Below, one piece after another: positions 1 through 7,976 of a DNA stretch of 32,000 nucleotides (its first letter is position 1; the number at the start of each line of letters is the position of its first letter). The stretch comes from Xenococcus sp. PCC 7305. GTDB lineage: Bacteria > Cyanobacteriota > Cyanobacteriia > Cyanobacteriales > Xenococcaceae. Position numbers and translations under genes: made by a program. The notes under the pieces are model-generated. The model searched no databases and was not told the DNA's origin. It saw only the letters and a list, made by a program, of their open reading frames with translations. The stretch lies in contig NZ_ALVZ01000225.1 of assembly GCF_000332055.1 (NCBI RefSeq), forward strand, positions 15,173 to 47,172, read 5' to 3'.

Positions 1-1
1 A

Positions 2-829
2 CGGGAAGAAAGATTACCTAATGTGGGTTTTCGTGGAATAAATGAAGGCTACCAAGAAGATGCGGGGGAGACTATTCCTTTTACCGAATCGACTAAGATT
101 CTTGGTGGCGACCTTGATGTTGACGTCTCAATCGTTCGTCAACTAGGAGAAGGTGCCAGAAGTAGTCGCGAAAATATGAAGGTTCGAGCTCTTGCCCTTC
201 AGTTTGACCGCACCTTTATCAAGGGAGATCCCACAACTAATCCTAAGGAATTTGCGGGACTGCAAGCAAGAATACCTTTGTCTCCTACTTCGACTCAGTT
301 GGTTTTCCCCGCTGGGCCTGGAACTACTCCCTCAAGCAATGGCGATGCCCTAAGGCTTTTGTCTCTAGACTGGGCGAAAAAAAGAACTCGCCGCCCCACC
401 CATTGGGTAATGAACCAGACTATGGCCTTGTTGCTCACTGAGGCAGCTCGAACCACTGGAGTTTCTGGGTTTATTCAGTATACGCAGGATGAATTTGGTC
501 GGCCTGTCACTATGTATGCTGGTCTCCCTATTATTGAGATGGAAGAAGACAACCTAGCAAATGAGATTTTGCCTTTTGAAGAGGAATCCCCTGGAGGTGG
601 AACTCCTACCTCGACATCTATCTATTGCGTGTCTCTGCGACAAGAAGGTTTGATGGGAATCCATAATATGCCTAGTGACGCCGAGATGTTTCAAATTCGA
701 GATCTAGGCGAAGTGGACGATAAGCCCGTTTTGCGTACACGAGTAGAGACCGAGATGGGAATCGCCGTCATGGATGCTCGATCTGTAACTCGGATCGCTG
801 GGATTACCAACGCGGCAGTTACCGCCTAA
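2..829 (+). CDS. phage major capsid protein (HK97-fold type), 5'-partial at window edge
   Basis: The frame is open from nt 2 (REERLPNV precedes the GTG at 23), so the gene begins upstream of the window. Capsid-family-like motifs are present (IKGDPTTNPKEFAGLQ, NQTMALLLTEAA). It is followed by small structural-looking ORFs and a tail fibre gene. Confidence 0.55.
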   Translation, partial: REERLPNVGFRGINEGYQEDAGETIPFTESTKILGGDLDVDVSIVRQLGEGARSSRENMKVRALALQFDRTFIKGDPTTNPKEFAGLQARIPLSPTSTQLVFPAGPGTTPSSNGDALRLLSLDWAKKRTRRPTHWVMNQTMALLLTEAARTTGVSGFIQYTQDEFGRPVTMYAGLPIIEMEEDNLANEILPFEEESPGGGTPTSTSIYCVSLRQEGLMGIHNMPSDAEMFQIRDLGEVDDKPVLRTRVETEMGIAVMDARSVTRIAGITNAAVTA

Positions 830-858
830 TACCTGTTCAAGATACTTATTGAGATATT

Positions 859-1284
859 ATGTCTAGTAGTTTTTCCACTATTCCTCTTACTCGCAAAAGC
901 AATTATGATGCGGCAACAGTGTTGCGAGAAGTTAGCGAAGCGCCAATCTCTGCCGCTACCAATGGGACTCCCTTGGGCTTGCTGAGATGGCATCGCCACG
1001 GCGAATATAAATGCGTGATCAATAGTTATGCTTATAGTTCCTATGTAGCGGGCTCCGCTGAGTGGGTGATTTCCATCGAGGTCGCCAATGACACTGGCAG
1101 TACCTATGCCGAAATTGCTTCAACAGTGGTTCCTGGAGTCGCGACTACCAGCGAGATTCCTCTTTCTGGAGAGCTGGTCAACCAAGCTTTAGTAGATGAG
1201 GTTGATCCGGTGATTCGCGTCGTGGCAACCCCCACGGGTTCCCCTGGTGATTTAACTTATGGTGCTTTCTTAACTTGCGTTTAA
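859..1284 (+). CDS. hypothetical phage structural protein (141 aa)
   Basis: ATG lies 30 nt after the capsid stop and the ORF runs co-directionally. Its stop is 1 nt before the next start. No recognisable motif. Confidence 0.5.
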   Translation: MSSSFSTIPLTRKSNYDAATVLREVSEAPISAATNGTPLGLLRWHRHGEYKCVINSYAYSSYVAGSAEWVISIEVANDTGSTYAEIASTVVPGVATTSEIPLSGELVNQALVDEVDPVIRVVATPTGSPGDLTYGAFLTCV

Positions 1285-1285
1285 T

Positions 1286-1639
1286 ATGAGTGTTGTTCTA
1301 TATAAAGACGGCGATCGCAAAGATCTTCATGAGATTGATGTTCCGGCCTGGATGGCTGCTGGTTGGTCGCGATCGCCGTCCAGTATTCCTTCTGATCCAG
1401 AAGAGATCGAGGAGCCAAGCCAAGAGCCGGAAGAAAATGAAGAGCCTAGTAGCTCTGAAGGGAGTCTTCTGGTTAACCTCAACGAAGCCTCTCAAAAAGA
1501 AATTACCGCTCTGTCGAGAATCGGAAGGGTCGGAGCTAAAGCCATTATTGAGGCTCGCCCTATTGAGTCCTTTGATGAGCTGACAGAAGTCTTGCCTAAT
1601 GTTGATTGGGAATCTTTGCGATCGCAGATTGAGGTTTAG
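1286..1639 (+). CDS. ComEA-like helix-hairpin-helix DNA-binding protein with acidic linker
   Basis: The C-terminal segment LVNLNEASQKEITALSRIGRVGAKAIIEARPIESFDEL matches the ComEA/HhH pattern (IN.A..eEL..LpGIG...A..II..R.....F.s.eeL). The middle is an acidic PEE-rich linker. Confidence 0.6.
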   Translation: MSVVLYKDGDRKDLHEIDVPAWMAAGWSRSPSSIPSDPEEIEEPSQEPEENEEPSSSEGSLLVNLNEASQKEITALSRIGRVGAKAIIEARPIESFDELTEVLPNVDWESLRSQIEV

Positions 1640-1881
1640 CTAATGGGCGAGAAGCCCCACGTCCATAATCTTTGATTCAGTGTGCGGAGAATGTCACCCA
1701 TGTCCGAACCAGGGAGAATCAAGAGATACTAATGCAGCCAAGATCCTTCTGCGATCGCGGCTGGGGATGGCAAGTTGGCTGTCGCTCAAAAAGGAAGTGT
1801 AGCTGCTTTTGCATCGGGCTCAACAGAAGGAGTAGCAAGCACAGCCGACGCTACACCCTCGGTAACAATAGGGAAATTTAA

Positions 1882-4545
1882 ATGGCATCTTTGTGGCAAC
1901 CAAACTCTAAAGTTTTAATTAGAAAGACAGGAGAAAGCGATCGCAAAGTTTTCCGCTCGGATCTTTCTGCCTGGGTTCAAGATGGCTGGAGCGAAGTTCA
2001 AAGCAACTTAAAAGGCAAAAAGGATGATGAATACTCAGGCTTTGGATCTCCTGTTGCTCCTCCTGAAAATGTTTATGCGATCGCAGAATATTTTGATTTT
2101 GAGGCAAATGTTCATTATTACTGGGAGCCTTCTTTTCAGGAATGGAGAGTAGTAGCTGGCGGCGATGAAGAGGCTATAGCAGCAAGCGGAGTAACTTTTG
2201 ATAGCTCAGGTAGCGATCTAGACTCTGTTGAAGTGCAATCTGCGATCGTCGAAGTGTTTTCTTTCTCAAGAAGAAAATTATCTGCTGATGCTAATTTTTA
2301 TGTCGATGTGACCGCGCCAGATGATACGGGCACTGGAGCCGTAGGCGATCCTTATAAAACGATCGCAAAAGCTTTTAAGGCGATTGAAGAGCTCGACCTT
2401 AACGGATTTAAGGCTACGTTAAATATTGCGGCGGGTGATTATACAGGTGAGGGGGTTTTGCATCTCCCCAATCTAACTGGGGCAAAATCGATTACTTGTA
2501 TTCCAGCTTCTTTTGACATTAATTCCCAGCTTGATATAAGAGGAACTGACTTCCCAGTGGTTAGGGCTTTTGAGGCGGATCAACACGGCTATTACGCTTG
2601 CAAAGCTCTTAAGTTCCAGCATAATAACAACATTCAAGATGAGGGAAATTTTGTACGAGGGAACATTCAAGTTCTCAGGCAAGCCAATGTAATGCTCCTT
2701 GACTGCATATTTGAGGCGGATACGGCGAACTCCACAGCAATTCACTTGTTGGCTGAACAAGGGGGACAAATATTCGCTGAAAATACGATTACTTTTAATG
2801 AAACGGCGGGAACTTTATTCTCCGTAAGAAAAGGCGGGTCGATAACCTCGATTAGCGGCAATTGTGTCGTAACTTTTGTTCCTGAGTCAGTTTCTGGAGT
2901 TTGTACTTGCGATCGCGCTTTTTTGGCTAGTGATCCCAGTAGCTTGATTAAAATCCCTGGAGCAGTCAGCGGGAATAGAACTTTTCTAAGCAGTAGTGTC
3001 CTCCAGCTAGGGGCTTTTGTAAGCGTTAATTTCCCCGTTGTTTTGCAACAAAATAATCAAGCTGGGTTTTTTGGGAGTGCCAACGAGACTTATTTACGAA
3101 TCCCTGGTAATTTTGCCGATGAAGCGGCGGCCACAGCAGGGGGGATAGGTTCAGGGCTTCTTTACTCAGACAGTGCGGGGAGGGTTAAAGTTCAAGGGTC
3201 TGGTTCTGGGGCTCCTCCATCTAATACTGTTTTATTAAATGGAAGTACTGGGCTAGATGGCAACGATGGCTTTAACGACCCCGTCAAGACCTTGGCACGC
3301 TTACAGCAAATTCTTGACATCTTTACCTGGGGCGATTCAACCATCACCGTAGCCATAACTGGATCATTGCCTGGGGGGACAATCAAAGGGGATGCTGTAG
3401 ACGCTACCCGATTAATTCTTAGTGGGGGAGCGAGTTTAGCCGATACTAACTCGCCTTCCTTGACTGGGATTTTACGATTTCGTAGCTTTACTAATAACGA
3501 AGTTTTATTGAGAGGAGTCAAGATTAGCGGCGCTGCTAGGGTAATTGCTAATGATTGCCACAGAGTTCAATTGCAAAATTGTCTTTTTGTCTCGATGACG
3601 CGAACTAGTGAAGTTTTACAGTTTGATGACGGGAAAAAAGCCGAATTAGATAATTGCGTCATTGATGGAACGCCTGCTTTGCCAGAAACGGATAGCGTAG
3701 CGATCGGGACTTTTGCTACTTGGGACAATGTCACTATTGCCAATATAGATATTGAAGTCGTTTCTGCTTATACTTGTGGTTCTTTACTGAGGTTTGAGGG
3801 CGCTTGTTCTGAAGTTAATCTTAGTGGGAATTTGAACGGCAATATTTCAGGTAGAGCCATTACTCAAATAACCAAAGATATCATCGCTTACTCTGGTTTG
3901 TCCTCCTTGGTAGGAACCACAGCCAATACTATCCTTGATACTTCGATTCGGGACGGTTCTGACTTTGACAATACAGGAACCACTTTGTCAGCGCTTACCA
4001 AATCTAGCGCGATCGCAGAGAACAATGGCCTAATTGATGATATTTACACTGGCTCTGGCTCTATTGCTTTATCGACAGAAATCACTAAGATCTTAGGGTA
4101 TAACAGCGCTGGGGACTTAGCAGAGGCGGATTTTGTTCTTCCCATTGACAGAAAAAGAACTCAGCAACCCGAAAGTAATCCCGATATTGATGTTTTAGCT
4201 GATGGTTCGACAACCCCTACGGCTTGGGAAGTCGTAGCGGATATGAGCTTGCCCACAGAAAATATTAATACAGCAAACTATGCGGTCTTTTACAGTTTTA
4301 ACTCTCGTGTCTCTAACAATAGTAGAACTGTTGAATATGCAGTCTTTGTCAATGGGGTACAAGACGCTGAGTTTACCTTTTCAAAAAGATATGACCAAGG
4401 CAATGACGACACTAGTATAACGAAGGAGTATCAAGTCTCAGCCGTCCCTACCAGCTCAACAATTGATCTTAGGCGGCGCAACACGGGGACAGCCACAACT
4501 TTAACAGTAGGAATTCGATATTTTAAAGCCATTCAAACAGGATAA
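1882..4545 (+). CDS. tail fibre / tailspike with two right-handed beta-helix (pectate-lyase-like) modules
   Basis: The 887-aa ORF has two beta-helix entry motifs (YVDVTAPDDTGTGAVGDPYKTIAKAF and LLNGSTGLDGNDGFNDPVKTLARLQQIL). Each is followed by Gly/Asn/Ser-rich repetitive sequence. It sits after the capsid genes. Confidence 0.65.
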   Translation: MASLWQPNSKVLIRKTGESDRKVFRSDLSAWVQDGWSEVQSNLKGKKDDEYSGFGSPVAPPENVYAIAEYFDFEANVHYYWEPSFQEWRVVAGGDEEAIAASGVTFDSSGSDLDSVEVQSAIVEVFSFSRRKLSADANFYVDVTAPDDTGTGAVGDPYKTIAKAFKAIEELDLNGFKATLNIAAGDYTGEGVLHLPNLTGAKSITCIPASFDINSQLDIRGTDFPVVRAFEADQHGYYACKALKFQHNNNIQDEGNFVRGNIQVLRQANVMLLDCIFEADTANSTAIHLLAEQGGQIFAENTITFNETAGTLFSVRKGGSITSISGNCVVTFVPESVSGVCTCDRAFLASDPSSLIKIPGAVSGNRTFLSSSVLQLGAFVSVNFPVVLQQNNQAGFFGSANETYLRIPGNFADEAAATAGGIGSGLLYSDSAGRVKVQGSGSGAPPSNTVLLNGSTGLDGNDGFNDPVKTLARLQQILDIFTWGDSTITVAITGSLPGGTIKGDAVDATRLILSGGASLADTNSPSLTGILRFRSFTNNEVLLRGVKISGAARVIANDCHRVQLQNCLFVSMTRTSEVLQFDDGKKAELDNCVIDGTPALPETDSVAIGTFATWDNVTIANIDIEVVSAYTCGSLLRFEGACSEVNLSGNLNGNISGRAITQITKDIIAYSGLSSLVGTTANTILDTSIRDGSDFDNTGTTLSALTKSSAIAENNGLIDDIYTGSGSIALSTEITKILGYNSAGDLAEADFVLPIDRKRTQQPESNPDIDVLADGSTTPTAWEVVADMSLPTENINTANYAVFYSFNSRVSNNSRTVEYAVFVNGVQDAEFTFSKRYDQGNDDTSITKEYQVSAVPTSSTIDLRRRNTGTATTLTVGIRYFKAIQTG

Positions 4546-4559
4546 ATTAAGGAGTAACT

Positions 4560-5288
4560 ATGAAATTATATGGCGCGATCGCAGGAACAAAAATTTGTGG
4601 AGTGACTCAGATGAAGCTTACGGGGCTTCACGACCCAATTCTGGTAACCAATGATCCTCCGACTTTGGCCGACGGCTCTCAATGTTATGTGTCAATTGGC
4701 GATTATTCAATTCTGGGGTTAGTACCTGGGGCAACTCCTATGGCTAACTGGGTTGCTTTGCATGGCGTGTATTCTAAGGCAGACTTTCTGTATGTAAGCG
4801 ATCGCGTCAAAGAGGTCTATGCTGAGTATGTGGCTGCGGGGATTGATATTTCTGAGCTTCCTGATGGGGAAAAATCAGCTTTACTAGAGTATCTTGCGGC
4901 AAATCCCAGCGATTTATTGAAAGTTTTTTCCCAAGAACAGCTTCAAGAAGCTACGGGGCAATATCTAAGTGAATCGAGCAAAGTTCGTTTCAAAAGGTAT
5001 GAGGCAGTTAAAACAAGAATAGTTACTAACTTTGGCATTGATGGAGCTAAAAGCATCTCTAAAGATCTCAAGGCAAATAATGAAATTGAGCAATATCAAA
5101 ATGAAGCTGATGATGGACTAATAGATTACCTTAACTCGGTGAATGATTACGATGGCGCTGGCTTCTTGGAAAATAGCGCAGTTGTGGCATCGGGAAGAGC
5201 AACTGAAGATTTAGAAGGGATTCGCGATGATGCGATCGCAATACTGATATTAGGGACAACAAGCGCTGATAAGTTTTACCTTGCATGA
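4560..5288 (+). CDS. hypothetical protein (242 aa), tail-fibre-associated by position
   Basis: AAGGAG lies 7 nt upstream of the ATG, and the start is 15 nt after the fibre stop. No motif recognised. Confidence 0.5.
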   Translation: MKLYGAIAGTKICGVTQMKLTGLHDPILVTNDPPTLADGSQCYVSIGDYSILGLVPGATPMANWVALHGVYSKADFLYVSDRVKEVYAEYVAAGIDISELPDGEKSALLEYLAANPSDLLKVFSQEQLQEATGQYLSESSKVRFKRYEAVKTRIVTNFGIDGAKSISKDLKANNEIEQYQNEADDGLIDYLNSVNDYDGAGFLENSAVVASGRATEDLEGIRDDAIAILILGTTSADKFYLA

Positions 5289-5307
5289 ACAGGATTGGGC
5301 GATCGTA

Positions 5308-5338
5308 TCCCTTAAAGGGACAAAATGTCCCTTTGGGA
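5308..5338. terminator. bidirectional hairpin between convergent genes (AAAGGGACA-aaa-TGTCCCTTT core)
   Basis: Perfect 9-bp core stem flanked by TCCC/GGGA. It lies between the stop at 5288 (+) and the stop at 5353 (-). Confidence 0.5.
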
Positions 5339-5352
5339 ACTAAATATTTTTT

Positions 5353-5715
5353 TTAGATAGGGTAGAATCGATACTTGTTTTCGTTATCTAGCTTTGCTTT
5401 GTACTTGATTATTTGCTCTGGTTCCCCAGTTACGACAAATTCCCAATCTGGGTCCAGAAACAGATCTTTTTTTTCCTCTTCTGTTGCCATTCGACGATGC
5501 AGCACAGGAAAAACTTTTAAGTGCATATCTAAATTATCTTTTTGCTTGGTTTTTGTCGTCAATAAAGAAGCCTCAAAGTGGCCGTATCCAAACTCAAAAT
5601 ACATATCAATCGCTTGATCGACAGTCATCCCAATTGATTCGCCCTCGTGGTCGTCGCCCCCAGAAAGGCAAGTAACAAAATAGTTAACCTCTTCTAATGC
5701 ATCAAACAAATCCAT
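5353..5715 (-). CDS. hypothetical protein (120 aa)
   Basis: Its ATG abuts the stop of the upstream Rha-like gene (5715/5716), which suggests translational coupling. Confidence 0.5.
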   Translation of the reverse strand: MDLFDALEEVNYFVTCLSGGDDHEGESIGMTVDQAIDMYFEFGYGHFEASLLTTKTKQKDNLDMHLKVFPVLHRRMATEEEKKDLFLDPDWEFVVTGEPEQIIKYKAKLDNENKYRFYPI

Positions 5716-6507
5716 TTAAGACTCTCCTAGTAATATTTGGCGATTTTTTTGCAACTCTTTCAACAAAATTTGAATGGCTTTGTGTAAATCCTCTTCGGGA
5801 ATATATTGGGCAGAAACAATTCGAGGCATGGTCTTAACGAGCTCTTTATGCCCAAGCTTTTCCAGGATTCTTGCTAGCTCTGACCCCGACTTAACCTTGA
5901 TCCCATAGTTGGAGCATAGATAGTCTTTTATCTGTCTAAGACCTTGCCCTGCATAGCTCTTGCCTGTACGATTATCTATGGTTTGGATCGTTGGAACTTT
6001 AGTCTCGACAATTTGATCTGTTTTCCCCCGCAAGGCTAAAGTAACTTCTGCTCCATGCATAGTCACCATTGTATGGTCGAGCTCTTTCGACTCTTTTGTT
6101 GTTTTAGCGATCGCTAGCTGAAGCTCTAGTTCTCTTATGCGATCGCTTTGCTGGGGGATTACTTGCTTAATTACCTCCTTGGCTTTCGCAAAAGATTTTA
6201 CCAGTTTTCTTTTGCAAACTCTTGCTTTAGGCGTGTTTTTTGAGTAAGTAGCAATTAAATTGCATTGTTCTTCGGTCAGTAGAGCGTAGCGCTCAGGACG
6301 CCCACCCCGACTACCTTTGGAGGGTTTTCTCTTTTTAAACTCGATTACTCCCCAATCATCTTCAATCTCTTGCTGGAACTGGATTACAACGTTTTGGAGC
6401 CAATTTGAATGCTTTACTCCCAGCTCTTCCGCAATTAAACGAGAATCAACAACTAAAGTTTGCTCTAATGTTTGTTCGATTTTGATAAGATCTTCCATAG
6501 TCTGCAT
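5716..6507 (-). CDS. Rha-family phage regulatory protein
   Basis: The N-terminus LVVDSRLIAEELGVKHSNWLQNVV...GGRPERYALLTEEQCNLIATYSKNTPKARVCKRKLVKSF follows the Phage_pRha pattern (vsSR.iAe.fgK.H..vlr.i...GR....y.lt..g...L.mg..g..a...k..lI.aF). Confidence 0.65.
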   Translation of the reverse strand: MQTMEDLIKIEQTLEQTLVVDSRLIAEELGVKHSNWLQNVVIQFQQEIEDDWGVIEFKKRKPSKGSRGGRPERYALLTEEQCNLIATYSKNTPKARVCKRKLVKSFAKAKEVIKQVIPQQSDRIRELELQLAIAKTTKESKELDHTMVTMHGAEVTLALRGKTDQIVETKVPTIQTIDNRTGKSYAGQGLRQIKDYLCSNYGIKVKSGSELARILEKLGHKELVKTMPRIVSAQYIPEEDLHKAIQILLKELQKNRQILLGES

Positions 6508-6673
6508 ACTTCTAATATGTGGACGCCGCCGAAAATACTTCCTGGGATACCGTAAATATCCTCGTCGAAGTGGCGGCTATTCCCCTTATTCTACCAGTAC
6601 TCAAAACAAAGTTTTTAGACCTCTAAACAAAAAGAGCGCACGAAATTACTTCACAAAAGTACACAAAAATTCC

Positions 6674-6916
6674 TTACTTGTTTGTTGCCTCGACTTTCCA
6701 GAGCTCATCAAACGAGCAATTTAAAGCATTCATTAATTTTTCTGTGCTGCTTCTGTCTATCCTTTCCAACCCACCTTCTCTAGTTAGGCTGCGAATTGTG
6801 GTTCGAGAAACCCCAGACTTGTTATATAAATCGGTATAACTCCAACCTTTTGACGCAAGCAGTTCTTCCAAGCAAGAAATAAATCGCAACTTGACAGGCA
6901 TATCCACCGCGTACAT
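6674..6916 (-). CDS. XRE/Cro-CI family helix-turn-helix repressor (80 aa)
   Basis: LEELLASKGWSYTDLYNKSGVSRTTIRSLTREG is a canonical HTH_XRE core. The gene is divergent from a plus-strand small-gene cluster. Confidence 0.75.
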   Translation of the reverse strand: MYAVDMPVKLRFISCLEELLASKGWSYTDLYNKSGVSRTTIRSLTREGGLERIDRSSTEKLMNALNCSFDELWKVEATNK

Positions 6917-6997
6917 TTTTTTGTTTACCTCTCTATTGAATTACGTGTCTTCCTTAATGGCAAGCTTAACCTTTTTACTTTTAGATGTCAAAACATA

Positions 6998-7029
6998 TTG
7001 ACAGGTACATGTTCATGTGTAAATATAAA
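6998..7029 (+). promoter_or_regulatory. candidate sigma70-type promoter with overlapping inverted repeat
   Basis: TTGACA at 6998-7003, then a 16-20 nt spacer and an A/T-rich TAAATATAAA. The TGTCA(N9)TGACA inverted repeat overlaps the -35. It lies in the divergent region next to the XRE gene. Confidence 0.3.
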
Positions 7030-7140
7030 AGTAACAAACAAGAAAGCCGATCGCATCGGCTCAAGCCAATTACCGCCCAATAAAAAGCGATCGCACACTA
7101 AAGCGATCGCACTTCAGAACCTTGAAAACAAAATAGGAGA

Positions 7141-7336
7141 TATGCCCACAGCAACTCAGATGCTCACAGCGATCGCAACTTTGCAATCTCTTTCTAATTT
7201 CTATCGACCAATTTTTTTGTTTCGGTATGATGAGAAAAGAAAGCATATTTTTATCATCGCTGGAGAGCAAGAAACCATTGAAATAACTATATTTGCCAAC
7301 GGCAATAGGAGAATTATTATTAATGAAGACATTTAA
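7141..7336 (+). CDS. small protein resembling cyanobacterial DUF6888 family (65 aa)
   Basis: GGAG lies 5 nt upstream of the ATG at 7141. The TTG at 6998 in the ORF track is probably the promoter -35. LQSLSNFYRPIFLFRYDEKRKHIFIIAGEQETIEITIFANG matches my recollection of DUF6888 (family name from memory). Confidence 0.5.
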
Positions 7337-7499
7337 AGAAATGAGCCTTAATGAATTAAGGTCTTATGTATTGAAAAATCGCAGTGATGCCGAAGCTTGG
7401 GAAGAATTTGCGTCACGACCAAGACCCAATGCCGTAACAATCCCTGCAAGCTTGCCCCAAGAAGAGCAAGATCGCATGTTAGAGGAATTGATCAGCTAA
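7323..7499 (+). CDS. small protein resembling cyanobacterial DUF6887 family (58 aa)
   Basis: MKTFKEMSLNELRSYVLKNRSDAEAWEEF is the typical N-terminus of this family (name from memory). The ATG at 7323 overlaps the preceding ORF by 14 nt. Confidence 0.55.
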   Translation: MKTFKEMSLNELRSYVLKNRSDAEAWEEFASRPRPNAVTIPASLPQEEQDRMLEELIS

Positions 7500-7524
7500 T
7501 AAAAGTTTTTTCCTAGCAAAAAGC

Positions 7525-7562
7525 AAAATCTCCATCTTTTGATTAAGTTGGAGATTTTTTTA
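7525..7562 (+). terminator. rho-independent terminator
   Basis: AAAATCTCCA (7525-7534) pairs with TGGAGATTTT (7549-7558), followed by a T-run. It lies 26 nt after the stop at 7499. Confidence 0.7.
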
Positions 7563-7625
7563 TTCAATAAAAAGCGATCGCCTACTAGAGCGATCGCACA
7601 TCCATCCTAGAATCCTTTAAATATC

Positions 7626-7775
7626 ATGACACATCAAATCGAAACAATTACCAAAGACCAAGAGCTCATCCAATTTGCTCAAAAAGCCAAAAAACTTCAA
7701 GATAAAATTCAAAAAGTCATTGCCGAGCTAGACTCTGCAGCTATTTGTTTCTCCTTGGCAACTGAGGTGGCGTAA
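7626..7775 (+). CDS. small ORF (49 aa), first of an overlapping pair
   Basis: Below the ORF-track size cutoff. Translation is MTHQIETITKDQELIQFAQKAKKLQDKIQKVIAELDSAAICFSLATEVA. Its stop overlaps the next ATG (TAATG). Confidence 0.35.
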   Translation: MTHQIETITKDQELIQFAQKAKKLQDKIQKVIAELDSAAICFSLATEVA

Positions 7776-7924
7776 TGGACAGCAAAGCAAAAGCCAGAAC
7801 CAAAAAAAAGATCGATATGATCTCTGTCAAGCAACAGCTCCAAGAGGTTAGAAAAACCTTAGAAAAGAGCAACAAGCGCCTCAAGCGGGAATCTCAGTCA
7901 AGAATCAATCACTGCCCGTTTTAA
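7775..7924 (+). CDS. small basic ORF (49 aa), second of an overlapping pair
   Basis: Translation is MDSKAKARTKKKIDMISVKQQLQEVRKTLEKSNKRLKRESQSRINHCPF. The TAATG overlap with the previous ORF suggests coupling. Confidence 0.35.
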   Translation: MDSKAKARTKKKIDMISVKQQLQEVRKTLEKSNKRLKRESQSRINHCPF

Positions 7925-7927
7925 AAA

Positions 7928-7976
7928 CTTCCTACTTCCTACTTTCTACTTCCTACTCCCTACTTTCTACTTTAAA
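7928..7976 (+). repeat. heptanucleotide tandem array A (CTTCCTA/CTTTCTA/CTCCCTA x6) ending in CTTTAAA
   Basis: Read directly as cttccta cttccta ctttcta cttccta ctcccta ctttcta ctttaaa. It is the reverse complement of the unit used at 31071-31119 and 31417-31458. Confidence 0.9.

Noticed and set aside
1672-1881. The 69-aa ORF between the HhH gene and the fibre gene
   Set aside because: It has a Cys/Arg/Trp-rich, implausible composition, no RBS and no coupling to its neighbours. The region is reported only as an unexplained gap.
6998-7140. The long version (112 aa) of ORF 6998-7336
   Set aside because: The TTG at 6998 is the first base of a TTGACA -35-like hexamer. The N-terminal 47 residues are low-complexity. 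GGAG followed by ATG at 7141 gives the conserved 65-aa protein.
7928-7976. Heptamer arrays (also 31071-31158 and 31417-31458) as CRISPR arrays
   Set aside because: The units are 7 nt and directly abutting, with no unique spacers. No cas genes are present other than the transposon-type IscB and TnpB ancestors.
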